A stretch of 64,000 nt of DNA, from assembly GCA_051294375.1 (NCBI GenBank), contig CM119270.1, forward strand, positions 9,864,016 to 9,928,015, read 5' to 3'. The notes under the pieces were generated by a model. It was not told the origin of the DNA and searched no databases. It was given only the letters and a program-made list of their open reading frames with translations. The stretch's first letter is position 1. Each line of letters opens with the position of its first letter. Made by a program: the position numbers and the translations under genes. Below are positions 45,401-58,800 of this stretch, in pieces. This DNA comes from Paraspadella gotoi. Taxonomy: Eukaryota > Animalia > Chaetognatha.

Positions 45401-48400
45401 CAATCGTTAGAAAGGGTCGAAGAGAAGAATCGGGAGAAGGATCGTTTGCGGTTTCTGCATCGTAATATCCTTAATGTTATGAGTTGAATGCATCTTTGGC
45501 AATGTTTAGAATTCGTTTTTGTTATAATATTTGTAGTATTTTGGTGTTTTCATGTCCATTTTGTACTTTATCTTCCACATAGTTATAGTTTTAACTAAAA
45601 AAAATGGTAATTGTAAAAACTTCCGCAAACACGTCTCGTGCTTTCCGCTGTTCACAACAATTTTTTTTTCCTATTTTTTAAAAAAAATTGGGAGTGATTT
45701 CGCTCATGTGTTTCCTCATCCGTAGCCTTTAGCGATTTCTCCTCTTTACGATCGAATTCGTAGCAACCTAGAAGATCAATCTCCATCGACTCGATGAAAT
45801 CCTCGCAATCCTCTCCCTATTTATTCTCCCAGCTGGAGATTGACGATGTTTCGAATCGACCCCTTAGCGTCTTCTCTAACGAAAAAACAAACTCCATCGT
45901 CTGTCGCACCAACTTCATTGCCTGCTGCCGCAACTCTATCAAACTGCCGCGCCGACTTCGTCTTCTGCGCGACTCCTCGTTCTTCATATATTTCAACTTC
46001 TGATCTCACAACGAAAATTCTGAACGCAAAAGGAACAGTCGTGCTGATTCAAACTAAATGACAAAACTCAACCGGCCAACCAAAAGATCGTCGAGTGTAT
46101 CTTCTGTTTTATATTTCACGATTTATTTGTCATTTATTAAACATTTTACGTCAATTTGAGATTTTAGTTCAACCTACGGCCGACAAATCAAACCAGCGCA
46201 CCATCAAGGCATAGAAAAATAATAATAAATTTCATAATTTCAACAATTTTTGCTGAGGTTGAATTAATGTTTATACTAAGAAAACGGTTCTGTTTTCAAT
46301 CTCGTTTTTAATCACCGAATCCACAATCGTTCGTCTGAAACTTGTTTCTAATGACTTTCTGAAACTATGTTTTTTGCCTAATTTTCTCTTATTAAACATA
46401 CATTTTGGAACTCTAAGCGACTCATTTTTGGACGGGGGACGCCTTGAATGTTAGTTTCCCGCGTACGGAGAAGATAAATTTTCTTTTCTTCAAATGAGAA
46501 AGAGAAAGAGAGATAAGAGAGAGAGGGAAAAAATAAGAAAGAGAGATAAGTTGATTGATATGTCCGGTCAGGGGCTTTAATTATTTTCTTTTCTCGCTTA
46601 TTTATTCTTTGATATTGTTCATAAAATCTTAATGTATATGCTTTAAAATATATAAAATTTCAATTGCTTTAACTGAGAAACAACTTTTTATAAGTAAAAA
46701 ATAATAACCAAAACTAAAATTCCGATGGTCACGTGACCAATTCCCACCAATCACAGATCGCACTTGAATGAATTTTTAATTAATGTAAAAATCTGGCAGT
46801 GGATCCTGAATATTTTTTTGGAAATTATTACTGTGATATCAAATAAAACTACACTTAGGTAAAGGAATCACCGACAGGCAACATATTTTGGAAAATTATA
46901 TATGCATATGATCCGCCCTATATAATCAAGTTATGATAGCGATGATAGTCCATTCACTGCTGTGATGATAGTCATTCACTGATGCGATGATTGTCATTCA
47001 TTGATGCTTGATAGTCAATAAAACAAACAAATGCGTGTTATGAGTGAAAGAGAGAGAGAAGAGAGAGAGAAGAGAGAGAGAGAAAGAAAGAGAATAAATC
47101 CACGAAAATCTCGGATGAAAATATGGGATTTTGTATTGAAAAAAAGCGCGGAATAAATGGTAATAATAAACAGTTTTTAGAAGGAAAAAATAATCAGAAT
47201 TTTTAAAAAAACAAACGATCACGCAAGAGATCGGACAGATAGGGACAGACACACACAGAGAGACAGAGAAGAGAGAGACAGCCGCTGCAGAGAAAAAGAG
47301 AGAGAGAAAGACGATATATAATAAATAAAAGAGAGAGAAGAGAGAGAAGCTCTACAGCCCCTTTACTCGTTAAAGAATCAGCAGTTCTTATGGCGCCGGA
47401 CGTAGCGTGAGCTCTTCTCTACCCAAAGGACCCGGGTTCGCACCCTGTTCGCGGCATCGTTTTTTTACATTAGTGAGCCCACATTATGTCTAATTTTTTT
47501 GTAAAAAAAAAAGAGGAGAGAGAGAGAGATAGAGAGAGAAGAGAGAAAGAAGCTGGACAGACGCTGCAGAGCCGGAACTCGTTTTTAGACAAATCAGAAG
47601 AAGCAGTGACGGAGAAAAAGAGAGAGAGAGAGAGCGACATATAATTTAAAAGAAGAGAGAGAGAGCGACATATAATTAAAACGTTTTTGTTTTGTTAAAT
47701 AAAACATAAACAAATACGAATAGGATATGAAACATGAGAATTTTAAAGATCTTGATCTTAGAAGCCATATATGAAATTTCAACTCCCTATGATATCACAC
47801 TTTCAGAAAGCCATGATTGCAAAAAAAGCGTGACCGAAAGCTAAACCGAATCAAAATCTAGCCAGGACGGGCTTTGCTGAATATAAATTATAATTAATTA
47901 TTAAAATTAATTAATTAATTAATCTATTAATTAATTAATTAATTATCGTAGGCAGATCCGACATTGTTTGCTCAAACTTGTTTTAATATTAATTAATAAA
48001 TAGGAAAGGCCAAATTTTTTTTTGATAATTTTTAAAGTTTAAGACCAGATTCAGATAGCCCACACAAAGTATAATTCTTTCTATTTTCATGATAAGTGAG
48101 TCAAAAATAAGAAAAACTGTAAAAAATCATCATCATCATCATCTTTCGATGATTTTATCAGTTTTTTTTATATTTTCACATAGAAAACGTAAGAATTTTT
48201 AAAAGCTGTAATTATGTTTCTTGTTTAACTTTTTATGCTCTATCAGAATCCTTCAAAAAATTTTAAGATTTCAAAAAAACAATTTTATAATGTAAAACAA
48301 GAGACAAGTAATATTTAATGTATTAATCAAGACGTATAACGTAATTTTTTTTGGAAAAAGATTGCTTAAATATTTAGTCAAGACAACTAAAATTACTTTG

Positions 48401-51247
48401 TTAATAGTCGAAATTTTATATTATCTCTGGAGTATATATTATATTATATTATCCCTAACTGGGGAATATAAATTTTATTTGAGTGAACAAACAAGGATAT
48501 TAAGACGTGAGATAGTATGATTAAGGAGTACAAAAAATATTTTGCTTATATTGTTTGGGGAACAGTATCATTAATTACAATATATTTATAGTAATATCCT
48601 TATAAAATCATAAATTTTCAAAATTAGTTTTTTTTAAATTTTATTAAAGATTCTGATTTTTTATAAAAAGTTAGATCATAAAAAAATATGTTATTAAAAA
48701 TAGAAAAAAAAGGTCAAATTCTTCACTTTTTTACGCTTTGTAGAAGAAACTATTATATTAGATAGGCAAGTTACCTGGTCGTTTATAATGTTATTTTAAA
48801 GTATTTTTACATTTACTGATAGGAAATGATGTCAATATTGTTCATGTAAAATTTCAAATCAATCGACCCACGCGTTGAAAAATAATCTACAAAAAAAGGT
48901 CATTTTCCACGCCCAATTTTTAAATCAAATCTGCGTTCGTTATATTTTTCTTTTTGGTTCCACTTAAATTTTTAGCTTCGGCCGAGTGACTTAATTGGTA
49001 ATAAAAAAATTGATTTTCTTGGATAACTTTTAAACCAGAAATGATAGAACGATGAGACTGGTATCATATTAAGCCATAATTATGGGGCATCTTTTCCATA
49101 TAATTTTTCTCAAATGTTTCAAAGGATTTTTTTTTAAATCTGGATCGGAATCTTAGTCAAAAGTATAACAACTTTTGAAATTAAATTAAACACACTTGGC
49201 CGTATTTAAAAAAATAAATAAATATGGATTCTGAAAGAGAAAAGACTGAATTATGTTTCTTATATAAGCAAAAATTTTTATACTTCAAATGTTAATATAA
49301 TTACTAAGGATAATGAATTATCATTTTGTTGAAAACAAAAAAAATTAAAAATTCATGTTGGAACCTTAAAAAACATATGATTTAAATATGAAAATTTAGG
49401 AGTTCAAACTTTGTTCCGGCTGATTTAAAAACTACTGACATAGGGCTAAAAGACTGTATTATCAAATTTTTTAATTTTTGTCATCTTCAGGTGCAAATTA
49501 AAACCTTTGCATAATGCCCATTAGCTATATTAATAAAACAATTTTTTATTAAAAAAAAAGCACTACAATCTTTTAATAACACGCTAATGCATGTAGCTGT
49601 ATGGTAAAATTGTTTGTTTTTATTTTTTATTATAATACAAGGCTTTTATAAATAAAGGGGTAAATTGCAAAGAAAATGAGTGATTTCAAGGCTCCATATT
49701 GATACTATGATATCAATGAATTTTCTTTGTTCCGGCATCGAAATGTACCTAAGACATTGTAGTTTCATTAGCTAATCTTTATTTTTATAATTTTAAAGGG
49801 CATGTTTGGCAAAAACAGTAAGAAACAAAAATGACAACAAATTTTAGAAAAAAATTTGGATTAATTGCTATTATTTCTTACTATGACGTCAATTTATTTT
49901 TTCTGTTATGTGCTTCAAAGTTAGGCTAAACCCTACAGAATCGGAATCAGTGCATGACCGCTGTATACTTATTTGACTTATACAGTAAATAACCGCAAAA
50001 TAAAAAAAATTTAAAAAGATTTAGACTAAGCGCCGTGTTTATTTTCAGTATTTTTTAGTCAAGACCTTTATGGATTTTCTTTGTTCCGGCGGCGTTGGAT
50101 AGCCCAAACACTGCAGTTTCAGAAAATCCATGGTTTTGTAATATTTCTGCGCTACTGGTGCCAAAATTGCTAGGAACCAAAATTATCCGAACCGCTTCGT
50201 TCTTTCGGATTTCTTTTTAAGCGCGGAGCGACATATCTAATTATATGATGAAACTTTTTGGTAATTTTCGCAGCTTTTACCTAAAAATATCATGTAATAT
50301 ATTTTACAAAAGTTTTTCTGTTTTTTCCGACGAATCTGAAACTGTTCTTAAAATTTAAAAATATGATTTTGAAATTTTATAAGGATATTACTATAAAAAA
50401 ATTCAATTAATGATACTGTCATCGCAGATGGAATCAGAACCAAGAATGGAATCGGATCCGCGACTCGGATGAAATCTACCGAGGACTCTCATTGAAATGG
50501 ACCAATGAGAAGAGAGGCTTCCTGCCAAGGGTCGTGTCGATGATCCGTGTCGATGATCCGATTGTATTGTATAAATACTGGACCATTTTGTATTGAATCC
50601 ATTCTGCCTCAAATTCTGACACCGTCTTTCTTGTGACTTTTTTGAGAATAAAATCCACTTTGGTCCACTTAGTTAAATGTGGTGGCAGCAGTGAGATTCG
50701 AACCCACTCAATTTTTTTTTTGAAAAAGGGCTTAATTATTTTTTATTACATATACAAAGGCAGCAAAAAAACATTGTTCCATCGCTCAATTTTTTCATCA
50801 CTCCACCCAGGGTGGAGTCCACCTATTAATTATCCCGACTCTCCAACTGGACCCGACCCAGCAACCAACCTGGATCAGATGTAGCGCTTCGAAAACGATC
50901 GTGCCGTTTAGCGTCACCAACGCCGCCATCGGCAGAACAAACGGAAGTCGACGCGCCTTTCCTGTCGCCGATGGCGTTGAGGATTTTCGAGTAAAGACGA
51001 TGACGATGCCGGAGGCGACGACGCCGTGAACGACGACGACGAGGATGACGACGATGGCGACGACTCGTCGGGAGAGGGAGGAGGGAAAGAGAGGGGGGTA
51101 TGGGGATAAGGAGAGAGGGGAAGGAGAGGGAGACGAGACAGAAAGAGATGGACAGGAAAATAATTTTGAGGCGAGGAGAAGGTTGAGAAGGAAGAAGACG
51201 AGGTGAAGGATGAGGGAGAAGCAGCGGACGAGAGGCTTGAAACGCAT
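31987..51247 (-). CDS. Host multi-pass membrane protein, ~690 aa; predicted exons 51247-50870, 34488-34241, 33797-33590, 33373-32629, 32494-31987
   Basis: GT-AG sites with matching phases (CAG|GTTGGT..GCAG 0; GG|GTAAGG..ATAG 2; G|GTAAGA..ACAG 1; CA|GTGAGT..TTCAAG 2). Several hydrophobic helices, S/T-rich loop, last TM followed by Cys cluster. Exon 3 needs indel correction; linking exon 1 across 16 kb is inferred. Confidence 0.65.
37490..38470. repeat. Degenerate ~42-bp tandem satellite
   Basis: Unit ~GCCAATCTATTCACATCCATTCATGCCATTCATTCAATCCAT, more than 20 copies. Confidence 0.9.
40030..40330. repeat. Degenerate ~12-bp tandem repeat (TTAACCTAATCC)n
   Basis: Visible periodicity; contains TTAGG on the minus strand. 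Confidence 0.8.
40652..40726 (+). pseudogene. Degenerate tRNA-Lys(CTT)-derived sequence ending in CCA
   Basis: GCCCG..CAGTCGGTTAGAGCA..CTTAATC..GTCGTGGGTTCGAGCCGCCACATTGTGCGCCA follows the eukaryotic tRNA-Lys-CTT consensus with indels. Confidence 0.75.
42850..43230. repeat. ~25-bp minisatellite
   Basis: Unit ~TTCCACAACCCAGTTCCACAGACTC, roughly 14 degenerate copies. Confidence 0.85.
47390..47457 (+). mobile_element. tRNA-like SINE head fragment
   Basis: TGGCGCCGGACG (A-box-like) and GGGTTCGCACCC (B-box-like). Confidence 0.4.
48759..50240 (+). mobile_element. 5'-truncated second copy of the Helitron-like element
   Basis: Near-colinear reverse complement of 27908-29391, ending at the same ACATATCTAA terminus. 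Confidence 0.85.
50413..50707 (+). mobile_element. Isolated Gypsy-type LTR plus tRNA-Leu PBS, related to 21874-22231
   Basis: Shares ATACT..CATC.CAGATG.AAT, TATAAATA, CTCAAAT(T)CTGACACCGTCTT, AATAAA..ATCCACTTTGGT and TTAAATG|TGGTG with the Gypsy LTR; PBS 50680-50707. Confidence 0.75.
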
Positions 51248-51405
51248 CGTCGGTCGTCGAGGGATCAAAGGAGAGGAAAATGAAAGATGACCCAGTTGGG
51301 ATTGAATTATTAATTTCTCATGAAAATAAACATTAATATTTTGGAAAATCTCCCACGCCGATCAGTAGCGCTGATGCAAAGTCTTTGTCCCCTCCGGAGA
51401 TTTCG

Positions 51406-51458
<53 letters not shown>

Positions 51459-51810
51459 CGCTTGACTTGAGAAAGAGAACGGGAGATTGCGTGACAAAGC
51501 CAAAGATTTCGGAATCGGATATCGAGGAAGTTAAACTGGTTTTGGGTAACAATGAGAAAATTAGAAAGAAAGTCTGGAGAGGAAGAGAGAGAGAGAGAAC
51601 TGGTTTTAAGTAACGGCGGAAAAGTAAAAATCACAGTCGATTAGGAATATAACAAGTTTAAGCAAACAATGTCGGATCTGCCTACGATAATTAAGCGGTA
51701 ATAAGCTAATCCGATGATAAATCATGGTAATTTTTCTGACTCTCAATTTGTGATTATAACAAATCATAACAGACTTCTTAATAAATCTTTGAAAAATCTA
51801 TAAATCTATT

Positions 51811-51933
51811 GGCATAATTTGGTTAACATGCATAATTTAGTAAATTGTCGTAATTTGGTCAACTGGCATATTTTGGTCAACTGACATAATTTGCTCAACT
51901 TCAAAATTTGGTCAACCGGCATAATTTGGTCAA
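51811..51933. repeat. 18-bp minisatellite
   Basis: ~7 copies of GGCATAATTTGGTCAACT. Confidence 0.8.
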
Positions 51934-52000
51934 TCAATCAATCAATCAATCAATCAGAGAGAGATAGAGAGAAACTTTTAAAAATTGACAAAAATGTGTC

Positions 52001-52234
52001 TTGAAGAGACAGTAATTATTGTAATGTGATAGTGACAGAAGCATTCAATATAAGCAGTCCCTGAGCTTCGGATCAGGCTGTAACACCATGTTACAGGCGG
52101 GTTAAGCGGCCCGTCCCTTTTAACTGCTAGGACGGCCACCGGGCTAGAACCCTGGACCTTTGGGTTGGGAGGCGAATGACTTGCTTCCGGCACCAATGGC
52201 CGCTGACGAACGGTTGGTGGATTTTAGTCCACCA
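52001..52234 (-). mobile_element. tRNA-derived SINE-like repeat, copy 1
   Basis: Close match to 62544-62776; minus strand has B-box-like GGGTTCTAGCCC and starts with hairpin TGGTGGA-CTAAAA-TCCACCA. Confidence 0.75.
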
Positions 52235-55200
52235 CAGTCTTTTGGTTTTCAGTTTTAAACTCTTTACCACTCCTACAATTCCACCAAAAACTTATATCCA
52301 GCTTAATCTCATAGTTTCCACAAAATTTCATTTCAATTTATCTATCCAATTTTTAATCAATATAATAATTATGACTAATTATAAGTAAAAATGCTTCAAG
52401 TAAATATGACTTTTTTTTCCATTTAAACTCATTAACTAATTTGATCCAAAATGTTTGTTTTTAGCAGAGATGTGGAAGCGATCGATCTTTCGCCGGCGCT
52501 TCCCAAGACCCCTCCCGCTCCCGTTTTCGCGTGCAATCCTTACTTTTTTAGCCCGGATCGCTTTCGGTTTTGTTATTATTTATAAAAATATTCTCTTTAG
52601 ACATGTAATTCATTCAACAATCTTTTTTGTTAACAAATAACAAGTGAAATTTTTACTATGAAAACTTGTAAGATTTGTAAGATTGTAAGAATCGTTTGAG
52701 TGGAAATTACTTTAAATGAAAAAAACAAAAAAACCTGTTTCCCTATTTGCTTTTTTCTTTTTTATTAAATGTAAATACAAGCTGCATTAATTATTCAATT
52801 AATCAATTAATTAATCAATCAATCAATTAACTAATCAACTAATCAATCAAAAATTAATTAATCAATTAATTTATCAATCAACTAATTAATAAATTTATTT
52901 ATCAATGAATTATTAAAAAACCAATTAATTAATTAATCAATCAATTAATCAATCAATTAAACAATGTCAGTATTATCATTGTCGTCATCTCCAATGTCGT
53001 TGTTGCTTTGGTCCTTATCAGTGACCTGACAAAAAGACCTAAAAACTAACAGGCCTGATATGAATTTCATTTAATTGATCAATCAATAATTCAATTAATC
53101 ACGATGGTGATATCCTCGTCGTCATCATCATTATCATGGTCGCCATTTCTTTTGTCATAATGAAAAGACGAAAAAACAAACAAGTTTGAGCTAACAATGC
53201 CAAAACTGATCAGTTAATTAATTATTCAATCAATTAGTCAACAACAACTAGTATTTACATTGGCTGAGAAAAAGGTCAGCCATAACAAGGTCGGGTAAGA
53301 ACAGGTCATTCTTATTGACCACTACTGTACTACGGGTCACAAAGTACAAAGACTTCGTCGTCGTCTTTGTCATTGTATTCGTCGTCGTTGTCGTCTTTGT
53401 TAAAATCATTTGAGCTCCTAAATGTTCGATGTTAATCTTTTAATTAATCAATATGTAATTAATTAATTATTAATTACCGCTAATGATCATGGGCAGATCC
53501 GGCATTGTTTGCTAAAACTTGTTCATTAATAATTTTGATTTATTTATTTTATATATATTTTTTATTTGCTTTTTTGTTCAGTGCGAGAGGGGAAAAAAAA
53601 AAGAAGAGAAAGAGAGAGGGAGAGAGTTTGTTAGAGATATAAGTATGTATAAGCACAATATTATGCAATATTGCCAATAAAGCAGATCAATCTTTTTGGT
53701 TCAAACTTGTTTGTAACATGAAAAACCTTATGGATTTAAAAAAAAGTAGACTTAAATTTAAAGAAAAACAACAAAAATATAAGAAATAAAATTTTTAATT
53801 TTATTGAATTAAAAAAGCTTAATTTATATTTTAATTTAACTTATAACTACAGTTTTTTCAGATAAAAAAAATATTTTGTTCAGCTCAGATTTTATTTCAA
53901 TACATTAAAAAGAATAATTAAAAAATTAAATGTAATTTTTTTCATCGTGAATTTCCTTTCATTTCGTTATGTTTAAAATAATAAAAGTTTAAGATTGTTT
54001 TTAACAATGATTTACAAAGTATTAAAAATTGTTGTTGAAAGCAATTTCAAACTTCTTCTATTAGTAATTTTTTCATAGATTCTCGACCAAAGAGAAAGAG
54101 AGAACAAAAGAAAACCAAAAAAATAAAAGAAGAAAATAAGAAAAAGTGAATAAAAAAAATTAGAGAAAACAATTTTAAATGTTGAAATCAAGAAAGAGCA
54201 AGGGGTTGCAAAGATTTTAATACATTAAATACCTTTCATTTCTAACCAATAAAAACAAATGACCAGAAAGCGAACATGCAGGGTTATTATAGGTTCTGGT
54301 TTCAATCCTTCATTCTCAATTTTTCTATCGCTCCCGGTTTCGGGTTCTTCAAAAATCGGCCGCTTCCACAGTGTTCGCTTACGCTTTCCGGATCGCGTCC
54401 ACATCTCTGGTTTTTAGGACTTTTCGTCACTAACCACGACAAAAGCAATGACGACGATGTTGATTGATTGATTGATTGATTAAATGATTAATTAATTTAT
54501 AAATAAATTGATAGATTGAATAATTAATTAATAGATAAAAATGTATCGATTTAATAATTAATTGATTGATTAATTGACTTATTAATTAATTATTGATTAT
54601 TTAATTAATTAATACATCTTGCATTTACATTTAATATAAAATAAAATGAATCATAATCAATTAGTGAAACAGGTTTTTTGGTTTTCCATTTAAACTCATT
54701 TCCACTCAGACGATTCCATCGAAACTTTATTTCCAGCTTAATCACACACTTTTCAACCCACATACAAAATTTAAAGTCACATTAATTAATTTTTTAATTA
54801 ATTAATTAATTAATTAATTAATTAATTATTAGTAATCATAAATAATAAAGATTCAAGTAAATGTGACTTATGTTTTTTTCCATTTAAACTTATTTTCACT
54901 GGCACGATTCCGTCAAAACTTTATATCAAGCTTCTTCACACACTTTCCTACCCACACACAAAGTTTCAACTCAATCTATCCATCCAATTATGATTAATTA
55001 GAGTTATTATTGGTTAAAATAAGTAAAAAGATTTTAGTAAATGCGACTTATGTTTTTTTTCCATTTAAACTCATTTCCACTCGCACGATTCCATCGAAAC
55101 TTTATATCCAGCTTCATCAGACACTTTCCTACCCACACACAAAATTTCATTCCAATCCAACCACCCAATCACGAGTTATTGGAGCTTTTTTCTAAAGTGG

Positions 55201-55833
55201 AACGGACGGACTGACGGACGGACAGATAGACGGACGGACATCATTTTTTTGCATAATTTATCATAATTCGATGTTCTGACATGATGTAAGTGATTGCCCG
55301 ACAATATTGAGGGGGCGGACCGACGAACCGACAAAGCAGATCCGACTAAAAAACAAAATTGTAAGCCCCAGACAAAACTATATAAGAAAAAATCATGACG
55401 CCCGTCAGGCGAGATAAAAACAAGGAACCAACTGCAAAAGCAAAGAGTTTTTGGTCGTCATACCTCGCAAGGATGTAATAAATACTAGAAGAATACTAGT
55501 AGAATAAAAAAAACTAAGTACAATTAAATGAAGTACGAATGAAAATCAATATTCTTGCTCCTTGCAATGCTGAAACTACGCTGAGACAAACCGCATTGGT
55601 GTCACTTTTGATCTTGATGAACTTTAATTCAAAGTCTCACATTCTTTTAAATGTTTTTATCTTACTGTTTCAATCGATGAAAATCGGGTTTGAATCAGTT
55701 AACTATTAAGATTTTACCGGTTTTTCTCGTAAATCTCTCGAGCCCCCCCCAAAAAAATACTGAAGTGCGTAATATTTAAAAAGGAATGATACATATCAAA
55801 CAGTAAAGCAAACAACATCGAACGGATGCGAAC

Positions 55834-58800
55834 ATGCAAGTGACTCACTTCCTGATCTTCTTCTCTTTTCTTCTCTTATATCTTTGGTTTCGACGAAAGA
55901 ATCGGTCAAAATGCGACGTTCCCTTTGGAGACCGTGGCCACTGGTTTTACGGAAATTTGACGATTCCGGTATGCAATGTATATGTCAATGGAACCTTCCC
56001 AAATAAAACTTCATACATTTAGAAAACTTTCAATGGACTAAAATTTTCTAAAATGACTAGAAGCAGTAGTATTTATTTTTTAGATATTTATTTATAAATG
56101 AAAATGGGAATGTCAAAATTTTTTTTAACATTTTTTATTTTTAAAATCAGATTTAGATAGCTTATAAAAGTTGTCTCCACAAAGTCTACAAAAAGCAAAA
56201 TCATTATCATCATCATCATCCGATGATGTTAGCAGTTTTTTTCTAATTTTCAATAATAAGTTATCAAAGTTGTAATTACATTTTTTGCTTAACATTTTGA
56301 ACTGTATCAGAATCGATTAAAAAAAACTTTTTATACTATTTAGAAATATAATAATTTGAATTAGGGAATTACTCATGGTTCGAAACATTTTTGCAAAAAA
56401 ATATTTTAACATAATAATGAATACCGATAATGAATTTGTTTAATGCTGTTCCCATTAAAATTTGAATTTAGTCGGCTACCGCAAGTATATATGCGTCGAT
56501 AACGAGGACCAATCTTGTTTTATTTTATATTAATTTTGGAGAAAAGCAAAGTATGTTTATTATTTTATTATTTGAAGCTTACGTGTTTCGACTATTTTTA
56601 GTATCTTTCAGTTTCTTTCTTACTTTTTTAATTTAAAATTTTTTTTATCTAATAAGATGTGATATTTGTCAGTTGTCACGACATTATAATTTTCGAAGAT
56701 TCACTGTCATTCTCACTATGCGTGAATGATGCATTGCGCTTAACCAATTAGATATTGCACTTTTTTTTTCAAATTTGTCGAGGAGACTCAGTTCACCACT
56801 ATCGACGCAATTTTAAACCCCACCTCCCAAATTCTTTTCAGATCAAAGATTGGATGCCGCTTGCTCTAAAAATGAGGTCGAAATATGGACCTATTTTTAG
56901 ATTTCAATTCGTCCCCTTCATGCAGTGGCGGAGTCTCATTTTCGTTAATGACGTAAAAATGATTAAAGAGTTACTCAATGACAAAAACTTCGCGGGTCGT
57001 GACCCTCCCGAGGACGCGGGGATGATCATGATGACCCCCTCCAACAAAGGTGATGACGAAGAAATAGAAAGGAGATCAAATAAGTCTTCTTAGTCAATAG
57101 TCATCATCATCAGTTAATATATAAATAATATTTATTAAATATACTAATTCACGTCACTCGATGTTCAGGAATCGGTTTCCAGAGTTGGTCTCCCTCATGG
57201 AATAAGTTGCATCGTGTATCTCAATCAATTATGAATTCTTTTGGCATGGCAAAACTTTCTATGGAGAAAAAGGTAACAACATTCAATTAAAATAACTCCA
57301 ACGCCTTTGTCGCCCAGGGTGTGGGCCATATCCCATACTGACTTAGTTATCGTAAGACCGACACAGAACGGCCTAAGATTTTAGTAAAGTTAGAATATTT
57401 AGGCTAACTTTTATATTCAAAAGTTAAGGGTGGTAGGCTCGCGGACCCGCAGGGTTTAAATTTTAAACTTTAAAAATAGCATTGAAGTTAATTCCCAAAA
57501 TATGCAAAAAACTAAACAAGTTTGAGCAAACAATGTCGGATCTGCCCACGATCATTATCGGTAATTAAATAATTAATAATTAATTAATAATAATAAATAA
57601 TAATTAATTCAAGTTAATTAATTAATTAGTCAATTAATTAACTTGATCCAAAATGTTTGTTTTGATTGATTAATTGACTGATTAATTAATAATTGATTAA
57701 TTAATTGACTAATTGATTAATTAACTGATTAATTATTTGATTAATTTATACATCTTTATAAATCTTATAAAGAAGAAAAAGAAGAATAATCAATTAGTGA
57801 AACAGGTTTTTTTTCCCCATTTAAACTCATTTCCACTCAAACGATTCCAACGAAACTTAATTTCCAGCTTAATCACACACTTTCCAACCCACATACAAAA
57901 TTTCAGGACAATTGCCCCATCCAATTGGTGTTCAAATAATAAATTTAATTTCCAGCTTAATCACACACTTTCCAACCCACATACAAAATTTCAGGACAAT
58001 TGCCCCATCCAATTGGTGTTCAAATAATAAAATGTTTTTTTTTTTCCATTTAAACTCATTTTCACTCGGACGATTCCATCGAAACTTCATATCCCGTTCA
58101 ATCACACACTTCCCTCACCACGTACAAAATTTAATTCTACTCCATCCATCCAATAATGAGTTATTGGTATTTTTTGTTAAGATGGGACAGACGAACAGAC
58201 ATCTTTTTTTTTTTGTTTTTTTTTGCATAATTTATCATAATTCGATGTTCTGACATGAAATAAGTGAATGCCCAACAAGATTGGGGGGTCGGACCGACGG
58301 ACCGACAAAGTGAATTATAGAGTCGGGACCTGCTTATAAGCAGATCCGACTAAAAAAAAACATGACCTACCGGTCGACTAAAGAAAAACTTTACCCGCCC
58401 CCCAACTCTCCTCACCCTTCGTTAGATCCTTCAAGAAGCGGACGCACTCGTCGACGACATGCTGAAGACGGAAGGGCCCTTCAGTCCCTTCGACGTCATT
58501 CAAGTCGCCGTCGCCAACGTCATGACTATTTTGATCTTCAACGAGAGAAGCGAGATTCGCGGTTTATCACGGATTCACGAAGACATTTCCACTATCGGGG
58601 AAGGATTTTTAAGCTTAGCCGCTTCTCCCGTTTACATCTTTTATCCCGGGTAAAAAATATTTTGGGATAAGTAAGTAAGTGTTAAAAGTAAGTGTTAGTA
58701 AGTAAGTATGCCTGTGAGGATTCAAGATTATTACCGACGAGCTTTGCGGAAGTGCTCGGATCCTCACTGGCCTGCCTATCACCACAGGTGTGTCGTTGTC

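Noticed and set aside
45700-46010. Protein-like minus-strand frame (MKNEESRRRRSRRGSLIELRQQ...)
   Set aside because: Short, interrupted by a stop, no recognisable homology or splice partners.
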